64,000 nt of DNA, from the NCBI GenBank assembly GCA_012033195.1, contig JAAUSQ010000001.1:5565-69564 (forward strand). Reading direction: 5' to 3'. The position numbers and the translations under genes are program-made. A model generated the notes under the pieces. That model worked only from the letters and a program-made list of their open reading frames with translations. It did not search any database and had not been told where the DNA came from. Source of the stretch: Chloroflexaceae bacterium (GTDB lineage: Bacteria > Chloroflexota > Chloroflexia > Chloroflexales > Chloroflexaceae). Shown here piece after piece: positions 26,401 through 34,200 of the stretch. Each line of letters starts with the position of its first letter. Positions within the stretch are counted from its first letter, which is position 1.

Positions 26401-28516
26401 GCGCTGGCACCAGTTCGTGAATGACCTGCCCGGTAAAGACCAGCTCGCGTCCAGTCAGGGTGAGGTCACGCTCAATCAGGGTGATGGTGTCGGCACTCAC
26501 GCTGTAGTCGCCCGTTTCGATGACGGTATCGCTGCCAGATCTGACCCGGTAGGTGATCGTGCCGCCAGTGGTGCCGTTGTCCTCAAACAGGTAGATGCTG
26601 TAGGTGCCGTTGTTCCTAGTGGTGGTGCTGCCCCGGTCGTTGACGGTAACGGTTGCATTGGCTAGCGGCGTTTCACCATCGCCTGTGACCTTGCCAAAGA
26701 AGTACAGCAGCGTTGGCTCAACGGTGAAGTTCCGCACCAAGCTTGCCACCCCGCCCGCTGGCGGAATGCTGGTGATGTCGGTGACAAAGCTGGCATTGCC
26801 GCGTTGGGTCACATCGATCTGCACGGCGAACGGGTCGGCACTGGTGACCTGGACCGGACAGGTGTAGTAGCCCTGCGCGTTGGTTGTTGTCTCACACCAT
26901 GCCGTGTCGGGATCGTCCGGTGTCCGCACCACTACCTGCGCCCCATCAACGGGCAGCGTAGTGCCTGCCACCTGATTGCTGGTGACGCGGCCCTGGAAGT
27001 AGAGCGTGCGGGCCGTTGGTGGGGCCGTGCCGTCGCCCGGTGGTGGCTGAAGTGTCAGGTTCTGGCTGAACTCGTTGATCGCACGGGCCGTCAGGTTGGC
27101 GGGCACGGTTGCCACACCAGAGCGATTGCCAAAGCTGCCCTGGAGTTGCAATTCGCCGCTGAGCGTGTCGGTGGCGGCAATGCTCACAATCGTATAGGTG
27201 CCGTTGGCATCGGTGGTGGCGGTGGCTTCGCTCAGCCCGCTGAGGGTGATGGTGGCGTTTTGCAGCAGGGTGCCCTGCTCATTCTGCACCACGCCCGTTA
27301 GCCGTACCACGGTCGGCGATGCGGTGAAGTCGTAATCAAAGACACGCTCACCGCCGGCCTGCGGCAGTTGCAGGTTAATGTCGGCGTTGTCGATGGTCAG
27401 GGCCAGCACAAACGGCTGTCCATTGACCAGCGCGGGTTCGCCTGCCACCCGATAGGATGCTGTGAAGGGGGCATCGTTTTCGAGATTGACAGTACAGCGA
27501 TAGATGCCCTGGCTATTGGTGAGCACATCACAGACCGTGCCCCGCTCTGCTGTGCTGATTTGCACCCGGATACCGGCACGCAGTTCGGGCAGCACAGCAT
27601 TGGTAATGGTGCCTTGCAGCACAATGCTGCGTGCTGTGAAGGGGAGGGCCGTGTTGACAGCAGGCAGGATGTTCAGTGCGCCTGCCGTCAGGTTGCTCAA
27701 GTCCTGGGTGCCCGTCTGCTGCACGTTGCCGTAGCTCACCCGATAGTTCACTGTGCCATTGCTGATGCCAGGGGGCAGTGCAAAGAAGAGTTCGTAATCG
27801 CCCTGATCGTCGGTCTGCACCGTCGCTGCAACCGGACTCAGTACCTCGAAGGTGGCCCGGTTCAGCGGTCGGCTGGTCAGTTCGGTGACCTTGCCATGCA
27901 GCCGCACGGTGGTTGGTGCCACGGTAATATCGCGCAGGTAGCTATTGGCAAACTCGGTGCCCGGCAGCAGGCGGTATGTCGCACTGATCGGGTCGGTGAG
28001 CGGCGTATTCGCCAGACTGACCACGTATTCAACGGTCAGCGGTGCTTCCGTTTGGAAGGAGCTACCACATGTGTATTCGCCTGCGTCATTGGTGGTGGTG
28101 GTGCAGAGCGTACCAAGGTCAGCATCGTCGTCAACGCCCCGGATGACAAGCGTTGCACCGGGCAGACCATAGCCGCTGTTGCTGTTGCGGACGGTGCCGG
28201 AGAACGCGGCACGACTGGCCGTGCTCTGGTCGAGCGTGGCGGCGCTGGCATCCAGCACAAGCTCCACCGATAGCTCGTTCAGTACGTTGACAGTGGCATT
28301 AAAGCGCTGCCGCAACGTGGTTGTTGCCTTGCCTGTCTTTGTTTCATACACCACGTTGAAGTTGAGATCGCCCGCAACCAGGCCGTTGTTCAGGGTCAGG
28401 AAGGCGTTATACCGTCCCTGGCTGTCGGTGGTGGTGTTGGCTCCGATAGTGGTGCCTACCACATTGAGGCCGACCTGGGCATTTGCCAGCACGTTGCCGT
28501 TGGTATCGCGCACCAC
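23330..28516 (-). CDS. giant secreted repeat protein, segment 4 of 5 (CarboxypepD_reg/Cna-B-like repeats)
   Basis: 1728-aa ORF of the same repeat family, for example RLYGKITNQNGTALNGAIIEVSGDGYARVTSNAAGNYEAWLVF. The listed GTG start is internal. The frame is open upstream and joins segment 3 near 28545-28555 (...ERLPVIRT|IVVSPTTLYISGVVRDTNG...). Confidence 0.8.
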   Translation of the reverse strand: MVRDTNGNVLANAQVGLNVVGTTIGANTTTDSQGRYNAFLTLNNGLVAGDLNFNVVYETKTGKATTTLRQRFNATVNVLNELSVELVLDASAATLDQSTASRAAFSGTVRNSNSGYGLPGATLVIRGVDDDADLGTLCTTTTNDAGEYTCGSSFQTEAPLTVEYVVSLANTPLTDPISATYRLLPGTEFANSYLRDITVAPTTVRLHGKVTELTSRPLNRATFEVLSPVAATVQTDDQGDYELFFALPPGISNGTVNYRVSYGNVQQTGTQDLSNLTAGALNILPAVNTALPFTARSIVLQGTITNAVLPELRAGIRVQISTAERGTVCDVLTNSQGIYRCTVNLENDAPFTASYRVAGEPALVNGQPFVLALTIDNADINLQLPQAGGERVFDYDFTASPTVVRLTGVVQNEQGTLLQNATITLSGLSEATATTDANGTYTIVSIAATDTLSGELQLQGSFGNRSGVATVPANLTARAINEFSQNLTLQPPPGDGTAPPTARTLYFQGRVTSNQVAGTTLPVDGAQVVVRTPDDPDTAWCETTTNAQGYYTCPVQVTSADPFAVQIDVTQRGNASFVTDITSIPPAGGVASLVRNFTVEPTLLYFFGKVTGDGETPLANATVTVNDRGSTTTRNNGTYSIYLFEDNGTTGGTITYRVRSGSDTVIETGDYSVSADTITLIERDLTLTGRELVFTGQVIHELVPALPMSRLQVEVINPDVGTLCTTTTRNDATYTCKARITWDDPFPIIYRMSGDWGTFEIDGYVNYVPPAGTSIDYPLTLFVAPTTLKLDVGLTGTDGTPLANRWVTIGGDASAELTSDAGGDFSTYLLFGADADTATLALRVSHPSNSLTDQIVVPLTPGDLTEYEEQVIFPALRVLGTVTNGADPLSGATVRLSGAANAQTTTASDGTYGSTVLFSTGTTTATFTVRVENNGLTVVQPISMPIQPTQFNQRTVDIAFTVRRLTIQGRVVNAYNTNVGIPSQRVIVRADGIGEWCATWTNTNGEYTCPAIDVTGDTFAYTVAVAGVWGSTEESYTVSGAAMPDAGAAGTVSNNTVVQANTLRLYGKITNQNGTALNGAIIEVSGDGYARVTSNAAGNYEAWLVFAPDTTSANLSLRFSYGSVSLGNSTQQEVNLTVPLQTDQLNERQEDIVFALRRLNMNGSVTHELSNALTFWRQGTRVELRAPGIGLFCTYSYRSNNSPSTYTCPPVDTTRDTFPYSITVRGEWGSRVFEREIGSAEMPGDGEQATFTDDLTIRTTILRLYGTVTAPDSTPFANATVQLSGDATGYATTDASGTYEMLVMLPTDASSADLRLQVQSGISAPSFYREFTIDPLAPGGPDNLNEYEQSVVLEERQLWISGAIVNEFGPTMNLQGMRYELSAPGLEGWCSGTIWYDTDTQTNRYSCNQVTIISNPFDVIGTISDDWGETVLTYRIDDSAPPPNGLPPVGQSANVTLNLTARATTLRLSGVVRDDEGNPVPNATVRATGPHLFIDADNTPGVATTDATGAYEMDVILRSNQTDPLIVFEIMANNATERFSRDLPTLADYQYHEVTNDFALSERSLVLITNITDPNTSKPLFGNYATVTSPQLGNLCQIWTSSGRQGFETLICDRMLPLDAPFDVTVTVNGEWGTDTRTITIDPGSGSGEVKRTISIEPDLTSVLVSGTVLDGPVPRSPTIRSNSWASNRSARSSTQWSRSTIATPEPTHRAALAIGSTCYPVRSRTAP

Positions 28517-31203
28517 GCCGCTGATATACAGCGTGGTCGGTGAGACAACAATGTGCGGATGACCGGCAGGCGCTCGCCCACGCCAGCAGCACTCGGATCG
28601 ACCGGGTAGACGGCACTGGTGGTGCCGCGCCCGCTGACGATGTATTCCACGTTGAAGGTATCACTGCTGTTGATGAAGTAGTCACAGGTATAGAAGCCCT
28701 GGGCGTCGGTCTTCGTTTCGCAGATCACGCCCCCATTCTGGCGCACCAGTTGCACAGTTGCTCCGGCGACACCATAGTTCGTAACTAGCGCATTGCGTAC
28801 GCGCCCGGAGAAGGCCAACGTGCGCCCGGTCAGGGCAATGTCTTGGTCGATGGTGGTGAGGGTGTTGATCTGCGGCGCACCACCCGGCAGGGTTGCCAGG
28901 TCGAGGCGCTGCTCGTGGAGGCTGCGTCCGGCGCGGGTGCTGTATTCAACCCGGTAGCGCAGTTCGCCCAGTACATCGGTGCCGCCACCCAGCACGGTGC
29001 TGTTTGGTATCGCCAAGTACAGATCGTAGTTGCCGGCGTTATCGGTGGTACCCTCGACCTGCAAACTTGTCTCGCCAAAGGTCGGGCTAGTCACGATGAC
29101 CGTGGCTCCCGCAATCGGGGTATCCAGATGATCGGCAACCTGTCCGGTCAGACGGAAAGTGGTGGGGGTCAGGGTAAAGTCGGTAGTTTTCACCAGCGAA
29201 CTGCCCGGCGCGGGGATCTCACTCGCCGCCACATCGACCGTCTGTTCGGCGCTACCAACCCCTTCCACGATGACCCGTGCTGCAAATGCCGTGGTGGTGA
29301 CCACACTGGTCACACAGGTGTACTCGCCGCTGTTGTTGGAGGTGGTGACACAGCGCCCGCCATCGATGCCCGCTGCTTCGATGATGACCCGTGCGCCTGC
29401 GACGGCTTGGGCATCCTCGTCATCGGGATTGGACGGAATGAGGCTGTTGGTCAGTTGCCCACTGAAGATCAGGGTGCGGTTCTGGTCAACGGCGTCATTT
29501 TCCCAGGGGCGCGGTGGCTGCGGGGCAGGCTGCGACTCGGTCGTGAGGTCGGTGGTAATGAGGTGCACGCCGCCGCCCGTCACCGCAAACGGCTTCACCA
29601 GTTTGACATAACTACTGCCGTCGCTCTGGGCGGCTTCGTAGATGATTTCACCCGACGTGATGCCATCGGGCAGTGACAGGTACTCGCTATAGTAGCCGTC
29701 TTCGTCTGCCGCCACAAAGAGTGTTGCAAGTCCGGTAATCCGCATCACGCCGCTGGTCAGGGGCAGCCCATCGGGGCCATACAGCCGCCCAACGAGGTGC
29801 AGGGTGTTCTGCGGCGCGGCGGTGAGATCCTGCACATATTCGGCCATATCGCCTTCGGGGGGCAACGCTGCGGCGATGGTGGTAATGGCCGGAGCGCCAC
29901 GCCCGCGCACTTCGTAGCGCAGATTCAGGGCCGATTGTTCGGCGTATGGCTCGGCGTAGTCGGTCAGCCCACACCCATACCCGCCTTCGGTATCGGTGGT
30001 GGTGTCACACAGAATCTTGTTGCTCAGGTCGGTAGCGCGGATAATCACCCGTGCGCCCTTGATCGGCACCTCCGGGTAGCCTTCCAGCGATACCTGCCCG
30101 CTGAACTCCATGCCGACCAGTTGCGGATCTGGCTCGCCTGCGCCATCGACGTGCTCATCCAAACAGAGGCCGCTGGCCTTCAGGTTGCTGGCGCTGCGTC
30201 CGGCGGCGAGTTCAATCGCAAGCGCTTGGATGAAGTCTTCATCAATATAATCAAGGTTTGCTGCACAGTCGCCGCTGAGCAATTGCCGTGCTTCGGCGAA
30301 GTAGTCGCGGTTCTGCGCATTGTTGCCGCGCAGTTCGGAGAGGCGCGGTACCTGGGCATCCTGGGGCTTGTTGTAGGTTTCCGGGCCTTCGCCCGGTTTG
30401 TAGGTAAAGAGCGACTCGCTGCGGGTGGTGACACGCCATGCATCGGCAAAGGCCGTGTAGGAAGTCAGGATGTTCCCGTTGCGGTCGGCGATATCGTTGG
30501 CGGGGATGCCATCCGACGAGCCAAGCATGCCCCGGTAGCGTCCACGCGGCGCAACCGAGAACGAGACATCAATCGACTCGGCGGGGCCAGTGCCCAGCAA
30601 CTGCTCGGCGGTTTTGGCGATCCGTACCCGGATCGCGCCGCCGTCGGCGTAGTCTTCGGGGTTGGTGATGCTGGGATCAAGCACCCAGACCGTTACCGAG
30701 TTGCCTGGCTCAACGCGCAGCACGGCATCGCCCACGGTGTAGAGACCGGGCGCGAAGTCGGCGATCTCGCCATTCAGCAGCAGGATCAGTGAGTCATCCA
30801 CGGATGGGCCAGTCGGGAGTTGTACTTCAAGCACATTGTCCGGATCAACCCGCAAAGCCACGGCAGTATTCCACGAGGCCCAATCGGGGTAGCCGGGAAT
30901 ACGGGCCTGTCGCGTTTGCAGTTCGAGGCCGTTGGTGCCGCTGAGCACATCGCGGGCCATAATAAATTCACCCAGATGCAGGCTGGTATAAGGCACACCG
31001 TCGAAGGTGGTGTAGTGCGGGTCGCCCCACGAGCGCGAGGCAGGCAGCGTCAGCAGCGAGGCAATATAGCCCCACCCGCCACCGCTCCACCAGCCAGAGC
31101 CACCGCCCCACCCCGACCAGCCGCCACAGAAGACGGCAAAGGGGCAGTTGCCATTGGATGACCAGTTCGAAGGACGGGGCCGGATGCGCGGGCGGAACTG
31201 CAT
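28456..31203 (-). CDS. giant secreted repeat protein, segment 3 of 5 (W/G-rich linker, vWD domain with GDPH motif, first CarboxypepD_reg-like repeats)
   Basis: 915-aa ORF. GGWSGWGGGSGWWSGGGWG is followed by SWGDPHYTTFDGVPYTSLHLGEF (von Willebrand factor type D signature, GDPH at 31015-31026), then repeats. The frame is open upstream through 31204-31320, so the listed ATG is internal. Confidence 0.8.
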   Translation of the reverse strand: MQFRPRIRPRPSNWSSNGNCPFAVFCGGWSGWGGGSGWWSGGGWGYIASLLTLPASRSWGDPHYTTFDGVPYTSLHLGEFIMARDVLSGTNGLELQTRQARIPGYPDWASWNTAVALRVDPDNVLEVQLPTGPSVDDSLILLLNGEIADFAPGLYTVGDAVLRVEPGNSVTVWVLDPSITNPEDYADGGAIRVRIAKTAEQLLGTGPAESIDVSFSVAPRGRYRGMLGSSDGIPANDIADRNGNILTSYTAFADAWRVTTRSESLFTYKPGEGPETYNKPQDAQVPRLSELRGNNAQNRDYFAEARQLLSGDCAANLDYIDEDFIQALAIELAAGRSASNLKASGLCLDEHVDGAGEPDPQLVGMEFSGQVSLEGYPEVPIKGARVIIRATDLSNKILCDTTTDTEGGYGCGLTDYAEPYAEQSALNLRYEVRGRGAPAITTIAAALPPEGDMAEYVQDLTAAPQNTLHLVGRLYGPDGLPLTSGVMRITGLATLFVAADEDGYYSEYLSLPDGITSGEIIYEAAQSDGSSYVKLVKPFAVTGGGVHLITTDLTTESQPAPQPPRPWENDAVDQNRTLIFSGQLTNSLIPSNPDDEDAQAVAGARVIIEAAGIDGGRCVTTSNNSGEYTCVTSVVTTTAFAARVIVEGVGSAEQTVDVAASEIPAPGSSLVKTTDFTLTPTTFRLTGQVADHLDTPIAGATVIVTSPTFGETSLQVEGTTDNAGNYDLYLAIPNSTVLGGGTDVLGELRYRVEYSTRAGRSLHEQRLDLATLPGGAPQINTLTTIDQDIALTGRTLAFSGRVRNALVTNYGVAGATVQLVRQNGGVICETKTDAQGFYTCDYFINSSDTFNVEYIVSGRGTTSAVYPVDPSAAGVGERLPVIRTLLSHRPRCISAAWCAIPTATCWQMPRSASMW

Positions 31204-31220
31204 CGGGTCGACCTTGAAAT

Positions 31221-34200
31221 TCAGCGGGTCATCGCCATCGCCGGGGTCGCCGGGGTCGTCGGGGTCGTTGGGGTCGTCGGGGTCGCCGCCACCGCCAGGG
31301 CCACCACCGCCAGGCCGCCGGGGGGGTCGAAGTCGTCGCCGCAGTCGCCAACCGTATCAACATACTCGCGCTCTGGCTCTTCTTCGTCGCCACACGCATA
31401 TGAGAACTCGATGATGTCGGCAGTTTGCTTCCAGTCTTCCAGCGATATATTGCCCACATTGTACAGGCGCAGTGGCATGAAGATGGGGTGCATAAAGCCG
31501 GCCAGCCGATAGCGCCCCGGCTCCCAGCCAGAGCCGGAGTCCCACGTCCAGTAATCACCATCGCGGGTGAAGGTGCCGAGCGCCTGGGGCGGCAAGAAAG
31601 GATCTTCGGGTAGTTCTTCGTCACACGCTGCCCGCGTGATAATCGAGACATACGGGTTGAGGCCCAACGCAGAAATCTGCCAATCGGCAAAACTGCGGCC
31701 CGCTGCGGTCGGATCGGTAAGCCCTAGTACGCGCCGAATAGCACCGAAGGCATCATATTCATAGAACCGCTCAAGTTTGCCGGTCTCGCTGATCTGCTGT
31801 TCGTAGTCTACAACGCGGTAGTAATCGGTACACGTCTGCCCGATGAGGGGGCCTTGGCGTTCCTCTTGTTCGCAGCTCACCCCGTTGATTGTTTCATCGA
31901 TGCGCGGGTCGCCAGGTGTACAATGGCCTGATGCGCCCATACTCACAATCGATTCGGGGAAGCCTGCATTGCGCTCGATGCGTATCTTCCAATCGTCCGG
32001 GTTCAGGCTGGTTGCCAGTTCAAACACGGTCCTGATCCACGGATTATCAAAGATGCCGATATCCAGCCCGATTTCGAGCACAACGCCAAGCCCGTAGCGC
32101 CCGTAGCCCGTAATAAAGCCGCTGACCGGGTTGCCGCCACCGGAGTAGCGGGTATCGGTTTCGAACTCGCCAAAGAAGCGCGGGAAGTCGAGTTGTGCCT
32201 GTGGGGTCAGGGTCAGGTCGGGCACATAGTCGACAATGGCGTTCAGCCCGATGCGGCGCAAGAAGGCACCGAAGCGGCGCGTGTCGGGAATGCCGATCAC
32301 TATGCCGACACGGGTACGTGGGCTGATGTCGATGCTGATCTTGCCCGTGAGTTCATATTTCACTTCGGGCCGATACTCTTTATAAATAGCTTCCTGAAGC
32401 CGATCTTGGTAGGTATCGGCGGGGCTTTCGTCTACCTGCGGCTTAGTCAGTTGTGGCCCGTCCTCGGTGTTAAAGGTAAACTCGGCATGAACATCCCAAT
32501 TAAATTCAAGTGTTAGTTTTGCCGAGATTTCCAGATAGCTATGGAAGATAACATTCAACGAGAAATCGAGGCCAAACGGTGTGGGCAGGAAGCGGGCAAT
32601 AGGCAGGTTGAGGCTGAAAAGCTCCACATCCGACTCGTACTTGACACTGGCGCTCAGTTCGGCTTTGGCGGTAATAAAGGGCTTGACCCACGCCTTGGCT
32701 TCGGCATCGGCGGTGAAATCGTTCGGGCTGATCGACATCGAGACCGATACTTCTGCACCGATCTCAAAGCCAATTGAACCCTGGAAGGCAGCCTGTGCCG
32801 AAAGCACACTGCGGCCCCCGCCATCGCTCAGCACGCCACGCTTGATTTCCCGGCTACACTTCAGTGTGCCGCCCAGTTCGCCCGCAATGCCCCGGCTATC
32901 AAATATTTGCGGTGTGACACCGACATTGGCCGTAACGGTACAAGCGGCGGGCGGCTGATCGATTTTCAGTTCGGCCTCGTGCTTGTCAAGTTCCTTTGCA
33001 TCCAGGTCGGTGTTGAAGAGCTTCGCGGTAACTTTGTGCTTGCCCTCCTTGGTGACTTTGGCCTGGAAGGTATAGGTATGTTGCTGCCCCGCTGCGAGGG
33101 TTTTGTTGCGGAAGACCCACTTGTACGTGTCGCGGGTGCTCATCACCGGCAGCAGGCCATCTTCGCCCGATACATCGATCAGTTCGGGCGGCATCGTTAG
33201 TATAATCTGATCGTATTCGAGCGGCCCACGGGTCGGGTTGCTCACGACAACCTGGAACTCGGCAAGCTGGCCCGGCTCGATGCGACCATTGGTCTGGGTG
33301 GGCGGCACCACCTTGATATCAAGCGTGTCGGACTGAATAGTGATGCGGACATCCTGACGGAGCGCACCCGAAATAGCTCGCACGACCGGGGTGCCGTCGT
33401 CTTTGGCTTTGGTCTTGAACTTAAAGGTATAGGTGGTATCGGGTGGAAGTGAGCCGCCAACCCAAGAAAAGTCGGTGGCGTTGCCTGTTGCGTTCAACCC
33501 ACTGTCCGGGTTGCCGCTGCCGCCGACGTAGGTAAGTTGTCCGCTGCCGAGGCTAATCTGAAGGTCGCGGTAGGGCACCGGGTCACCAGAACGGCGGGTG
33601 TTTTTGATCTCAACCGTAAACTCAACTTCATCACCCACCCGTACATCAGTCTTGTTGGCATTGAGCGTCAGGGTGACTGATTCATCCTGGATGGTAATGG
33701 CTTTCTCGGCAGTTACCTCACCAGAGCGGACCTTCACCGTGACACTCCCGGCACTGACGGCTTTTGCACGCAAGGTGAACTGTTTTTCGGTGCCGGGGGC
33801 TATGTCGCCACCGAGCACCCACGCAACGCTATTGCCAGAGGGTTGTGCGCCACGCAGCGGCAGGGCACTCCCGCCGATATAGCTGAGTTTGCCATCACCC
33901 AGGTCGACCCGCAGGTTTTCATAGCTGATCGGTTCGCCGGCGGTGTTCGGGTTCCGCAGGGTAACAACCAGATCAACTTCCTCGCCCACGCGCAGATCGG
34001 TCTTGCTGGCGCTGACGGTGGCCTGCAACGGTGCGGCACGCGGCTTCAGTTCAATATAGACATCCTTTGATGCTTTTTTGCTGCCCGATTTTAGCTCGGC
34101 AGTGACTTTAACACAGACCGTTTGATTAGCTTTCCAGGCATCGCTGCGAAGCTCGAAACCACCTGCAATGAGCAGCGCGGTGTTGTTGGCCCCCGATGTA

